Shown here: positions 10,591 through 24,020 of the stretch, piece by piece | Position numbering within the stretch: position 1 is the stretch's first letter | How the letters are laid out: each line of letters starts with the position of its first letter | DNA from: Epiperipatus broadwayi | Lineage: Eukaryota; Animalia; Onychophora | Assembly: GCA_028023455.1 (NCBI GenBank) | Contig: JAQFVV010000009.1 | Span: forward strand, 13,826,001 to 13,890,000 | Length of the DNA stretch: 64,000 bases | Direction: 5' to 3' | Program-made: the position numbers and the translations under genes | The notes under the pieces: generated by a model | The model's input: only the letters and a program-made list of their open reading frames with translations | Told to the model about the DNA's origin: nothing | Database searches by the model: none

Positions 10591-13500
10591 ATCTAGTGAT
10601 AGTGTAGTGCATTTAAGAACCAAAAATACTTGGATTAAAGCCCAATTATATTGTTTCCAGTGTTTGAACATCCCATGACCTTTCAAATGACAAACTATTC
10701 TTTTTTTTTTAAAGCGAAATTTTTACTAGTCATACATCACTTTAAATTAAAATTCATATAACTTCTTTATTGGAAGAGTGTGAAATCTGTTTAAATATAG
10801 GAGTATAGAATTCTGAACTTTCTTGGTTATTAAAATTACTTTTTCACTAGGTAATAATAAAAATTAAGTTACAATGCTTTTATATTCTGATGTGATTCTG
10901 TTAAATTTTAAATAACAAATCCTGGAAAAGAATCTACCAGCAATTAAATCCATCAACATAAAAAAAAAAACCCAATTGGTTAGCAATATCACTTTATTTT
11001 CTAAATCATTATATTTTGGACTCAAACAGTTTTAAAACACCATCAAATCTTGTCGTTCGACTGCCATCTGTAATGATTATTTCTTCAACCACAATAGTAT
11101 AATTGTATTAATTGTTTGACCATAAAATGACAAAAAGTTGTTTTAGGATCATGTAAAATAAATTTAAAAGAAAAATCAAGATAAAATAATAACAATAAGA
11201 CTTTATTTTGATTATCTATAATTCAAAAGAAACATTGAAGCTTATTGATTGCAGCCAAAGGTTAATTTTGTAGACTGTAGACAAATTGAAATGTTGTCTT
11301 AGTTGTTGCTTGAGAAATCAAGAAATCATCTAAACCAAGTTGAATTAATATAGTAGTGGTGTTTCTTTCCTGATTATTACTTGATTTCAAATGAAAATAA
11401 CTTATCTGATATCTTTAAATAATGCTATTTGAATACTAGAGACTGTCTTCTAAGATTGCTTGGAAGCAATTGTTTGAATTTTTTAATGATTATCTTGTGC
11501 TGGCATCGTTATTTTTAATCATTTATTGTTTTATTCTATAATTTTTTTTTTGCAGCCAGTCTATTTCTGTGTAAATACATTTTTTAAATCATTGAACTTC
11601 AGAGAGCAAATTGACTGAACATTGCATCTAAAATTGAATGTTCAATCAAACTTCTGAATTTTCATTGGTTTTCAAAATATTCTAGATACAAGAAGCAATA
11701 AGATAAAACCTGTTTTAAAATTCAAATTATTTTCTTTAGCAGTGGGCAATATAAAAAATCAAAAATAATACAAAATATATAATTAGCAGAAATTAATATT
11801 AATAAGTAAATGATAATGATATATGTGCATTACAATGCGTGAGATTGCTTGCACACTATAACACAAACAATATTTTTTAAGGAAACAGCTTTTTGAGTAA
11901 TTTATGAGCGACTACAAAAAAGGAATTGTGTGATTCAAACAAAAATGTTTAATTTGTTCTGTTGTGAAATTTACCAGAAGAAAAAAGCAATTTGATTGTT
12001 TATTTCAAGAAAGCAGATTTTAATTTCAATTAAAATTAATTAAAAATACGTGACATTTAGCTGGGAAAGATATAATGTGTAAACATTAGATGCTAGTACT
12101 AAATTCATACAAGTTATACTTATTACACAGTGATAAGTAAAGGAAAGAAATCAGAAAAATACATAATATATTAATGGAATTCAATCTTTTGCGTGAAAAA
12201 GAAAGACTTCAAGAAGAAGTTAGTTTGTTTACACATGCATTTGTCAAAGAAGATAAAGAGATCTGCAATCCAAAAAATTTGCATTTTTTTTTGTTTGTTA
12301 ATAGATGCATATATATATGTTAGCTAACGTTTATAATAGTCACTATTAAATAAAGTAACATTAATTTAAAAAATGAATGTAAAAGATATAATACGTAAAT
12401 TGTGTAAACGCTTTCTCCACATGAATGGCGTAAATCCATGAAAATATCGCAACAAATATACGTATATGATATATTATAACAGCCAAAAATTATGATAAAG
12501 ATTATAATCCATACATTTTAAGCATTATTATTTTATATATGTTATTAAAAATAAATTACTATTAATATAGTAATATAAAAAAAGAAATAATGTTTTCAAT
12601 AAGAAAAAATTATTTTAATTTATTTTAGCTGCATAACACTTTTTCACGCATATACTAGATTTAAACAGTCACAAAATATATGTACTTTACAGATATGCTT
12701 TTTTTAAGTTTTGTCAAATTTTATATTGTTTGAACTAATGTAGTTGGAAATAACTAAAATAATTTTAAATCACCTTTGAATCTAAACAAGCTGCCCCTTC
12801 CCCTATTTTATTCTATCTTAAGTATTTTTCATAAAGACATACATTTTTATTTTAAATATGTTGAATTTCATCTCTTATTTTAATTTGAATTGAATAGATG
12901 TATATAATTTCTTATATGTTTGTGTATATGTGTAATAATTGACAATATAGTAATTTATGCACTTATGAAATGTTGTGGAAGTCAACTACTCCTTACACAT
13001 GCACTATAAAAATAATACAGTCTGCCATCAATAAATGTTTTAAAAGCATAAATAGTGAGCTGTGCTTAGAACTTATTCTTTAAATAACCAACACTTATTG
13101 AATGTGCTTGAGTTGAGAGCTTGATCTTATTGCTAAACTGTTTTTTAAATCAGCATATTATATACATATATATGATATTGAATAGGATACAGCTAACTAG
13201 AATAATAATAAAGTAGTTTCTTAAAAATTCTTAATGATTCCTATCTTTATGTGATTATATGTTGTATTTATGTACAAAATCTAATGTACTATAAAGAACA
13301 ATCTAAAATATCATCTTTAAAAATTAATTCCATATTAATAATGGCTATATAATTTGATATAATCAACTAACTAAATACATTTCTTCTTCCTATAAAAAAA
13401 AAAAAAACTAGCAGATTTTATCTGATTATTGAAATAGGTACTTTTTTTTTTCAGCCTGAAATGACTTACTTGTATGTATAATCTTTGACAATAATGCTTT

Positions 13501-13649
13501 TTATAAAGTTTTCATTTCTAATATAAAATTAAGTTTTTTATCAACTTAAATCAGTTTTTTTCTTATTACAAAATTTTACTGTTCTTAAGATATTTCTGAT
13601 TTTTCTTTTTTTTTCTATTTTAAATATGATATGCAAATTATATGACAGA

Positions 13650-15600
13650 GTTATGAAGATGGTAACTATTTAGAAAAACTGTTGGAACTTCCTCATCTTG
13701 AACTTTCCTTCAACTATAGCTTTTGTCAGTCTACTCTTAGCTAGTCTGTTCATTGGAAATCTTTTATACCCTTTTCATCACTGTTTTAGTCTGATTAGAG
13801 AAGAACTAAACAATACAAGCATATTTAGTCTGCCATTTCAATCAATGTTTTACAAATATGAAAGCATGTTTAATTATCTGCCTATTGATAAAGATGATTT
13901 CACTATATTTTTTCTTCAAAATAAAACAGTTTATTGATTATTATTATCTCTATTAATTAAATTTATTTTTTTAAATTGCATCTTGTTTTTTAATAACCCA
14001 AGTAAATATTCATTTAATTATTGATAACCTTAAATCTAGTACATTCATCAACATTTACAGATATGATGTTTGTTTATTTTATTATATTATTTTGTTTATC
14101 TGTAGTTCCTGCCCAATTTCATTAGTTGATGATTTTTATTATTGTTGTTGATATTGCTAATACTTTTCTATCTTATGCATACCATTCACTAATATTATTA
14201 AAATATATATATAAATATGTACACTATGTATAATTTTATTATAATTTATAAAAATATTTTATAAACTTAAAGTGGCTTCTCTTTAACTAACTCAAATATT
14301 CCTGATCATCATCAATATGCCCATAATGAATTAAATATTTTTATTTTAAAAAATATTTCATTTCGCAAAAGCTCTACCTATTCCCATTCTTTCTTTTTAA
14401 TCTATAATCACCAAATTTATTCTTCTAATATTGAAGTATTTTTTTTCTTATTCTATTTTAATAAAATCTATTTTGTTAATTCCAATATATTATTTTCACC
14501 GTCTCAATCCAACAAATACCTAAACAACAACAACAAAATCTCAGAAAAAATTTACATTTTTTGTTTTTAATCTTTATGTTTTTTTTCATTTTCCATGCTC
14601 TTTATTTGGAATATCTTTCAACATAATACTCAAACAAATAAAGGTTCGATATTCTCTCTTCTATTTACTCATAAATCACAACTGTAGTCCAAATTTTTAT
14701 ATTATTTTTGTCACCTTTTCCTAGTATTTAAAGCTTCTGTTTTTATATCAAATAACAATAAGTCCCTTCTAATGGTATCATATCTTATATATTTTTTACT
14801 TTCTTATATGCATCCAAACTATTTTTTTATATTTATTTTGATAAACTCTATTTTTTTTATAACTAACATATATCTTTGGCCAATCATCATAATTATATAC
14901 TTATTCTTTATACATTTATTCCATTTCTTATATAATTGCATAAAAATAAATTCTTTATATATTAAGTTTATATTTTATAAACTCTTACATAAAGTGTATG
15001 TTTCTTGGCCTTTTCACATCATCTAATTGAACACTACTTTTTATTCATGTATTTTCATTTACATATTATATGTAGCCTTCAACACATTTTTAATTTTCTT
15101 CATTAAAAGGAAAAAAAAAACTATATTATTTTCCTCAAATCCATTATCATTCTCCACCTAATTCATACCTACTTTTTTTTTCTGAATTCTGTTCAAAAAA
15201 TGTTTGAATTCCTGATCAACAAAATGTGCATCATCTCCAAATATTAAAGCATATCCCATCAATTCTTCTATATGCTTTATATTTGTTATATGAGAATCAT
15301 GCCAGATTTTTAATCAATGCCATTATATTTTTGCTTTTTGTTTCAATTCTAAATCTTCAGATGTTTGCATAATTTTTTTTTCCATTAACCAAGTACTATA
15401 TAGCTATGCTCCCCCATGTCTCCAATTTTTTCATTTTTCATTCTTCAGTCTTATTTTTCCTATTATATACTGTAATGACCAGATTTAACATAGTTCATTT
15501 GTTTATATTTTCTTTATTTATTTATTTACATAAATTACACAGGTCCCACCTGGCTTCAAGCATCAGGAAAAACGTATATTTAAAATAATATTTTATTCAA
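13650..15600 (-). mobile_element. Decayed RTE-clade LINE
   Basis: Collinear minus-strand remnants: APE-like region at about 15150-15400, RT region at about 14300-14560, and RLTKAIVEGK-like 3' end at about 13700-13760. Confidence 0.65.
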
Positions 15601-15679
15601 TATAATAATGTAACTATTACACGGCCTCATTTGAAACACCAGGTTAAATCATGGAAAACATAACTTACTCCTGATGAAT

Positions 15680-17130
15680 AATAATAGACCACACAATATT
15701 ACATAAACAAAGTAATAAGTCATGTAATAATAATTTATTTATAGGTGTACTTATTAATTAATATACAATTTATTTTCTTTAATAACATTAACAAATTATT
15801 TAACAATACAGTAATTTATTTACAAAGTATAATCATTAATTAATATGCAATTTATTTCTTTAACAAAGTCCGTTAATATTTATACATCATAATATTAATA
15901 TGTTCATAGATAATATAACAAATTTGTCATGCCTTTAACCCTGAGTTCACTAAACTTAAATATAATTCTACACATGTATAAATTCATAAATATAACATTT
16001 CTTTGAATTGCATGTCCCCTAGTACTTATATATACATATGCTCTATATTGAATAGACATCAATGTTATTTTTATCACAATAACCACACAGAATGGTATTT
16101 TAAATCCTAATCCTAAACACAATCACTTATATAGTAATAACTATAAAGCAATGGCTTTTTGGTTCTAACCCTAACTGAATAAACTAAAATAATTATAAGG
16201 AGTGGCCCTTTGGTCCTAAACCTAATTTAATACAACTACAATTTATACAGGAATGACTCATTCTGAGACTGATCCCTAACTCATTAAACTAATAGGAATC
16301 TATTCTAATAGGAATGTATTCTCTCATATGAATGTGAACATATGTCAACTATTAAATATTCAACAAACAAATGTGCATATATAAATTCATCTTCATAAAA
16401 TCCAATTTTCAGTAATCAAATGTAAGGTTAACTATGAACGAATGAAACTAATGGAAATAATTACATCATTAAATATGATTATTTGAGATTTAGGCAATTT
16501 ATATATATGCATTGCATTTACATGATTATCATTGTTGGTTTTTTTTGCCTTTTCCTCTTATTCATAACTTATATAAAATTCATAAGCTTAGCATACATAA
16601 GTGATATATAATTATTACTTTTCCAAAAAAAAAAATTAAAAAGTGAAGAGAAGTTATTACAAATTCCTTTTTTTTTTTTTTTGACAGATTCTCTCAAAAA
16701 TAATATCTGGATACAAGCATTTACTTACAAATTCACATGAGTTAAAATCAAGTACAAATCAGACTTTAATGGTAAGACTCACCATAACAAAATAATTGTC
16801 ATTTACTTCTTTCTGACAAATATTAAAAGTTCATTTAGGGTAATAATATAGTCTTATAATTTCTAGTTGTCTTTTAAATAAGTCTATTTCTTCATTTCAG
16901 TTGGAGTTATTCAAATATCATTCAAAAGTGTTCCAGACCAAATGTAGCTGTTAGTAGTGTCTTCATAAAGCATAAATGGATGTCCTGTGGGATTTGAATA
17001 AAGTAATAATATACCAGTTAGATCAAAAGAAAAGAAAGTCTGATTTTATATCAAAACTTAGTTTTCTTTTGTACTTTGCTGTTTTTTTAAAAAAAAAAAC
17101 ATAACAAATTTGCACATCAATTTGCTTGTA
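15680..17130. repeat. Copy 1 of a ~1.45-kb direct repeat (partner 19715-21305)
   Basis: Continuous alignment by eye (roughly 80% identity), including a 33-nt identical block aaagcataaatggatgtcctgtgggatttgaat. Confidence 0.85.
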
Positions 17131-17260
17131 AGAGAAAAAAAAAAATTTTTTTTTTTTTATTGAAATGATTTCAAATTCTTGAATTTAAAAACGAAATGAT
17201 TGTACTTATTAAAAGTTTTTTTAGATGTCCATTGGGGATTTTATAAGCTAGTTATTTAGC

Positions 17261-18334
17261 TCATCATCATCATCATCATTATCAACCATTATCAATCCAC
17301 TGCAGGATGAAGGTCTCTCCAAGTTTAATCCATCTTCTCCGATCTTTAGCTTCTCTTCTCCACATCACCCCTACACATTTTCTTATTTCATCCATCCATC
17401 TTACATGTGGTCTCCTTCTGGGTCTTTTACAATCTCTTGGAATTCAGTTTAAAATTTCAATTGTCCATCTATTATCATCTCTTCTAGCAATATGTCCAGC
17501 CCAACTCCACTTCAATCTTTTAATTTTTTCAATGAGGTCAGTAACACCTGTTTGTTCTCTTACCCATACATTGTGTTTTCGATCTCTTCTTGTTACTCCC
17601 AACATACATCTCTCCATACTTCTTTGAGTGGTCTGAAGTCTCTGTATTGATCTTCTATTAAGTGTCCAAGTCTCAGATCCATAAGTAAGAACTGGTAAAA
17701 CACATTTGTTAAAAACCTTTCTTTTCAAACACATAGGCATATTTCCTTTTAATATCAAGTTATTTCTACCAAAAGCACTCCAACCAAGTTTAATTCTATG
17801 ATTAATTTCCTCTATTATGTTTCCATCTGTATTAATAATCTGACCAAGGTATTTGTAACTCTTAACTTCTTCTAATTCATCATAATCAATCTTTATTTTC
17901 ATATTTGGAGCAAATCGATTAAACATTACTTTAGTCTTTTTAACATTTATCTTTAGTCCTACTTTCTTACTTTCATCTGATAACTCCTGCAACATTTCCT
18001 GCAGCTCGGAAGCATTATTTGCAAAAACAACTACATCATCTGCGAAATCTAAATGACTTAAATAATCTCCATTTACTTTCACTCCTTTAGTTTCCCATTT
18101 TAATCCACAAAATACCTCTTGCAGCACTGCTGTAAAAAGTTTTGGAGATATGGAGTCACCTTGTCTTACACCTTTCTCAATGTTGACTTTCCCAGTATCA
18201 TTATGTAATCTAATTGTTGCTGTTGCATTTTTATAAATATTCTTTAAAATATGACAATATCCTGGATCTATACCTTGATGATCCAATGCTTTAATCACTG
18301 AAGAAATGTTTATAGAATCAAATGCCTTTTCATA
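17261..18334 (-). pseudogene. Young 5'-truncated RTE-clade LINE; RT C-terminal half with one nonsense codon
   Basis: YEKAFDS, GVRQGDSISPKLF, LDFADD, YKYLG, VLTYGSETW and KWSWAGHIARR motifs. TGA at 17446-17444 replaces the expected Trp, and the frame continues to ...FILQWIDNG* (17282). (TGA)n tail at 17261-17280. Confidence 0.97.
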
Positions 18335-18339
18335 AGATT

Positions 18340-19400
18340 ATTCAGGTGTAATTTGATAACAAAGTCTACTTGGAGACTTTTTATTCCATGGCAACTGTGG
18401 AGAAAAAGCAAGTGGTGTGGGGAGAAAATTGTTTTATTTCTTCTTAGTTGTAAGTAAAGTTTAAGTTGAATGAAATTCTTCTTCTGGATAGCTATATGTA
18501 AATACAATACATTGTATAATACATAGATTAAATGTTTGATTGATGCTTTTAGATTTCTTTATCCAATAGATTAATTAGCATGAGAGGCAAGTTTCCATTA
18601 AGTTTTTGTATTAACAGTGATTCTATTTCATTTGGGGGATAAAAAAAACATTGCTCTATTTTCAATTTGTATTTATTTAATCAGCTGTGAAATTATGGCT
18701 GGCACTTGATTTAGTACATCACATTGTTTTAATCCATTTAACTTGTATTGTGGGTCTTTGCACATATCTTCAAGTCTTTGGTTGTTTATTTTAAAAAGTT
18801 CATGTTTATTTTGTATATTTTCTCAAGTAATTTTGGTTCTGATTCAACTAAAAGTTCATCACGTTTTAAATTTATTGTCTGATTTTAAAAGCAATTGCAC
18901 CTGTTCAATGTCCATGATTTGGATCATTGTTTCTTCTTGAATTTGTACTTGCTAATTTTTTGCTTGTCATCTATTTGCTTTAATCATCTACTTTTTGCTC
19001 TGATTTTGGATGCTATGCAAAATATATCCATCATTTGAGCCATATATTTATAATTCTCATTTATCTGTTTTTGATTATCTTCTTTAGTTTGGTTTATTTG
19101 CTCCATTTGCTTTTGATTATTTTTATGATTGTTTTCCATAGTTTGGTTTATTTTCTCCTTCTTCAAATCCATCTATCTAAATAATGGGTTAATCATCTAC
19201 ATCATGGCTAATTGTGATGATAGTGCAGTATTCTCATGTATTTTTATTTCTTTATTAATATCTCTATGCTTTATCTGATTGCATGAATCATTATTGTCCA
19301 TATCTGAAGTTTCTAAGTTATCTTCTTCACAGCTAGTTTTAGAACTATTTGCTTCCATTACTTCCTACTGCTCTTCGTCTTCTTTATTTTAATTCTCCAT
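18340..19400 (-). pseudogene. Decayed coiled-coil ORF, possibly a gag-like retroelement remnant
   Basis: Q/N/E/K-rich heptad-like stretch (MDLKKEKINQTMENNHKNNQKQMEQINQTKEDNQKQINE) broken by stops. No diagnostic motif seen. Confidence 0.3.
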
Positions 19401-19714
19401 TTTAGTAATCTTTAAAATTTTTAAATGCAATAAACTTATTATGTACAATACAATTATAACTGCATACATCAACAACAGCACTGGGTCACCCCCCAGATAA
19501 CTCTGGAATATCATATATACTTGTATGTCTTTTTATGGCACAATTTGCTTTGCTCTTTCTTGTTCGTTTGTTTTTAACAATATAATTACAATATAGAGAA
19601 AAAAATATTGTCAGGGCAGCCATTCATTCATCTAACTCAGGCAAATGGGAGTTTACAACAGATGAAAATCGAAACCCTCACCATGAATGAATCAAATATT
19701 TACAATTAGTTGAA

Positions 19715-21305
19715 TGATGGTAGACCAAAAGCTTACATAAACAAAGAGACAAATTATGTAATAATAATTTATTTACAAAGTATAATCATTTATTGATGTG
19801 CAATTTATTTCTTTAACAAAGTTATTTTGCCTTTATACATCATAATATTAATATATTCATAGAAAATATAACAATTTTGTCAAGTCTTTAACCCTGACTT
19901 CATTAAACTTAAATATAATTCTATATGTGTATGAATTCATAAATATAACATTTCTTTGAATTGCATGTCTCCTAGTAATTATGCATAAATATGCTCTATA
20001 TGGGATAGACATCAATACTATCTTTATCACAAAAAGCATAAGGAATGATCTTTTAGATCCTAATCCTAAACATAATTGCTTATATAATAATAACTATAAA
20101 ATGATATCCTTTTGATCCTAACCCTAACTGAATAAACCTTCTACAATAATTACAAGGAGTGGCTTTTTGGTTCTAAATCTAATTGAATACAACTACAATT
20201 TATACAGAAATGACTCATTCTGAGATTTATCCCTAACTCATTAAACTGATAGGAATGTATTCTCTCAAATGGATGTAAACATCTGTAAACTATTAAATAT
20301 TGAACAAACAACTGGGCATATATAATTTCATCTACATAAAGTCCAATTTTCAGTAATCAAATATAAGTTTAACTACGAACAAATGACTAATGGAAATAAT
20401 TATATTGTTAATTACCATTTTTTGAGACTTAGGTTACACGATCATCAGTATTTTTTTTACCTTTTTCTCTTATTAATAACTTATATATAATTCATAAGCT
20501 TAGTATAAATATGTGATTATATACTAATTATTTCTTCTTCTTCTTTTTCTATCTTTTCAAATGTATTATCAAATTTATAAAGTCAAAAACTTCACATAAA
20601 TATATCGGAGAGACTTTCTTTTCAAAAAATTTATTGATATACATTATATAAACTACATAAATAAAATATAAATATCCAACGTTTCGTCCATTTTTTTAAA
20701 AAAAAAAAATTGAACTGAAGAGAAATTACTACGAATTCATTAATTTTTTTTTTTTGACAGTTTCCCTCAAAATAATATCTAGATACAACCATTATTTACA
20801 AATTTGGATTTATCTTTTCGTTATATATGTGTTCAAGTATATCAGTGCTATGAGAAAGAGTGAAGAGTGATGGGTCGTGTGAAAGTCTGTGCTCATATAC
20901 TCTGTATATTAAATATGACTGTAATTATAAGACTCGTAAAAAACAAAATAATTGTCATTTAATTCTTTCTAACAAATATTAAAAGTCCATTTAGGGTGAT
21001 AATATCAGCTTGTAATGTCCAGCTGTCTTTTAAATAAGCCTATTTTTTCATTTCAGCCGGAGTTATTCAAATATCATTCAAAAGTTTTCCATGCCAGATC
21101 TAGATAACTGTTAGTAGTGGCCTTCACAAAGCATAAATGGATGTCCTGTGGGATTTGAATGAAGTAATATATTAGTCTGATCAAAAGAAAATAAAAACTT
21201 TTTATATTAAGATTTAGTTTGCTCTTGAATCTTGTTTCAGTTCTTTTTCTTTTTTGTAGAAAAAAAAAAAAAACAAATTTGATATCATTTTGCTTAGAAT
21301 AGAGA
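19715..21305. repeat. Copy 2 of the ~1.45-kb direct repeat, with two extra insertions (about 20530-20690 and 20808-20930)
   Basis: Aligns with 15680-17130 apart from these inserts. Confidence 0.85.
20808..20905 (+). repeat. Diverged 3' fragment of family A (no hammerhead)
   Basis: ttatcttttc...gtatatcagt..tatgaga.agagtg.agagt.atgggt..gtgaaagtctg resembles 5153-5240. Confidence 0.55.
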
Positions 21306-21973
21306 ATGAAAGAAATGTTGACTTCCCAAGTAAACAAGTAATACGTCTAAATGCACTAAAATGCAGGCAATTGTGAAGCTAAGTATTAATTGGCTGAACA
21401 CTTTCAAGAAGTATTATCTTCTCATAATCAAAGTAAATGGGTTGTATTAGCACAGAAGAATATGTATGTGACAAATATTTAAACATAGGCAAAATGGATT
21501 AGAAGGAAGCATGCTTTTCCAAGAATGCTTTCTCTCTGTTTATAGTAAAGCTTTTGTTAGCCATAATCCATATGTTTGAACCATCTTCTGCTTTCATTGC
21601 ATACATAGAATTCCATGACTCTAAACATAAAATCAAAGGATGACTTATAGCTAACAATACCTATATTATAAACCAAAGGAACCCCCAATCACCCCAGAAT
21701 TGGATATTATACAGTTTTCTATTCCTGCTCTTATCTCCAGTCTTTCTATCGAAACTTTTAATAATCTTAAAAACAAAATAAATACTAAAAAAACAGTTTT
21801 TCTTATTTTAACTTGTTTCTCATTAGTATTTATTATTGAAATACAAATATAATGTATATAATTAACCTAGATGTAATTAAAAGGGATTTGAACCCAAACT
21901 TTCAAGCTCCCAATAGTCATCCACTCTATCCAATATAACTGATACATATGACCACATATATGTGAAAAAGTAA

Positions 21974-22032
21974 ATGATCTCCAATAATTGTATTTTATGC
22001 TGAACCAGCACTCATCAGTTGGTTCAGATTAT
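21974..22032 (-). ncRNA. Hammerhead, family A (G12A, likely inactive)
   Basis: Minus strand: ataatctgaaccaa CTGATGA gtgctggttcagcat AAAA tacaat TA ttggagatcat. Confidence 0.7.
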
Positions 22033-22058
22033 ATATATATGTGTGTGTGTGGAAAATG

Positions 22059-22117
22059 ATAATTTGGACCAACTGATGAGTGCTGGTTCAGCATGAAATA
22101 CACATATTGGAAACTAT
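22059..22117 (+). ncRNA. Hammerhead, family A (core intact, stem III weakened)
   Basis: ataatttggaccaa CTGATGA(22073-22079) gtgctggttcagcat GAAA(22095-22098) tacaca TA^ttgg. Confidence 0.85.
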
Positions 22118-23914
22118 TTATCTTTTTCAGAGGTATGTTATCATGTGTATAGGTTATATTGGACAGAGTGGAAGACTGTAGGGATCTTGACAGTCTGGGT
22201 TCAAATCCCCTTTAAAAATTATTATTGTAAAGACTTTTAATCATTTTTAACAACCTCAGATCTATTCCTCTATTTTCAAAATTATAATTTATTTCTGTCC
22301 CCGTATTATATATTTTTAATATATAAAAATGTTACAGGATATTATTTTACAGTTGTTTTTGTCCTCTTTTGATTATTTTTGTATATATATTTAACTATTA
22401 TAATTAATTTAAATTTAATAAGAAAATTGTTATATTTGTCAATGTTAAAAAAGGTATATATCTGTGTGTATATATTGTAATATTCAGAAGAAAAATAATA
22501 ATTTTTGTGAGGATTTTAATTAGATTTACTATTTGAAAATAAAAAGTTTATTTTTTCTTTAAATAAATTTACAAATTCCAAAATGTTATGAGATCTAATG
22601 AAAATAAAACAAAACAAAATGTGTAAAGGTAACTTAAAAATTATAAAATTTACTTTGTAAAATAATCAGAACTAGACATTAATTTTAAAAAGAGAGAGAG
22701 AAAAAAAGAAAACTGAAATGTAAATAATCATATAAAATTATTGTCTAAAATTATTTAATTTTGTAAAATTTCAATCTAATCAAAGATTAAAATAATTTTG
22801 TAAATTATTTAACCGAGGGATTGTATTGTTTTTACTGTAAGATAGTCACCTGATTAGATAATTAATGCTAGAATTAATGTTATAATTTTTAAAAAAGATT
22901 AATTAATTAGAAAAGATTAAAACTGATTAATGATATGGGTGAGCTCAGACAATAGTTTGTCAAGGTATACAAGCTAATAAATTCTTATTAGTTCATCATT
23001 ATTATTACTGAAGTTCAAGAAGATTACTCAACTGAGTTATTGAAATTATTCAACATAATTGAAAGTTATTCATGTTATCCTGTTGCTGTTGAACATTGCC
23101 GTGCAGTCTCTTTCATCTTGAACATCATTTTGTTCTCCATCAATGTATAAACATTTATGTAGATGCCCTAACATCACCACACCATGCAAGACTCACAAAA
23201 GGGTGTTCATTTAGTTTTTCATCACCAGTTCCTATACATTCAATAGTCTGAGATGTGAAAAAAAAAATCCTTGACTTGCAATTGCTGAGACATCTGTCTG
23301 TCATTATCGAAGACTACTGTTGAATATGGCCATTAAGATATTTGCTGCCCCAGAAAGAATAAACTACAGACCACTAAAGAAATCAAAAAACCTGTTCAAG
23401 AATACCATCAACAAACTCTAGAAACTATCAAGAAAACAGGGGTGATCACTGCAGAAAAACTATAGAAACACCTAGGTTAATGTAAAAAAGATAATTCAAA
23501 GTCTAGACTTAAATGAAATACAGGTGTAAGATTTTATTTTCTTTGTAAACTTTTTTGTAATTCGAAATGATAAAACTTTTACTACCTAATTTAAATTGGA
23601 CTTAACTATACTGAATAACTTTGTAATTAGTTTAATTTAATTTTATTCTTATTATTGTTATAATGTTATTTGTAAATAACTATGTTGTTTTACTTGTTAA
23701 TTTGGTCTAAATTCTCTCTCTCTTTCTGTATCTAAGTATATATCATTAATTAAGATAAAATTTGTTATTTATATTGTTTTGTCTTTTAAAATATGCATTA
23801 TCTGATAGTCTAAGTTAGGGAAAATTCTTGTTTATTTGAGCTAGCTGTGGAATCAACTGCTGGGAGTATTTAAAATCTTCTCTTGTTTAATATGCAAGTT
23901 AATTCTGGATGGCA

Positions 23915-24020
23915 TGTCAAGCGTTGATGGCCGAGTGGTCATCACAGCTGCCTTACAAGCAGTTGTCCCAGGTTCATGGGTTTGCTTCCCAGCCGATGCT
24001 TTGACACATGGAAAAAAAAA
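23915..24020 (+). mobile_element. tRNA-Gly(TCC)-derived short SINE
   Basis: A-box tggccgagtggt, B-box-like gggtttgcttccc, A-tail, perfect 11-bp TSD tctggatggca (23904-23914, 24021-24031). Confidence 0.92.

Larger units (their letters stand above)
21868..22215. mobile_element. Family A locus 2: head-to-head palindromic pair (subfamily B)
   Basis: aagggatttgaaccc ... gggttcaaatcccctt, with the inversion centre near 22032-22040. No clear TSD found. Confidence 0.85.

Noticed and set aside
13392-13517. Minus-strand exon pair (NENFIKSIIVKDYTY / KKKCI*)
   Set aside because: The splice sites are plausible, but equally good plus-strand sites overlap and there is no homology support.
20530-20690. PLE 3'-end fragment (cgaaacgttgg on the minus strand)
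   Set aside because: Only a short motif supports it; there is no CUGANGA box or coding context.
22190-22210. B-box-like GGGTTCAAATCCC in family A as a tRNA-derived head
   Set aside because: There is no convincing A-box or cloverleaf at tRNA spacing, and it lies downstream of the ribozyme. Noted but not called.
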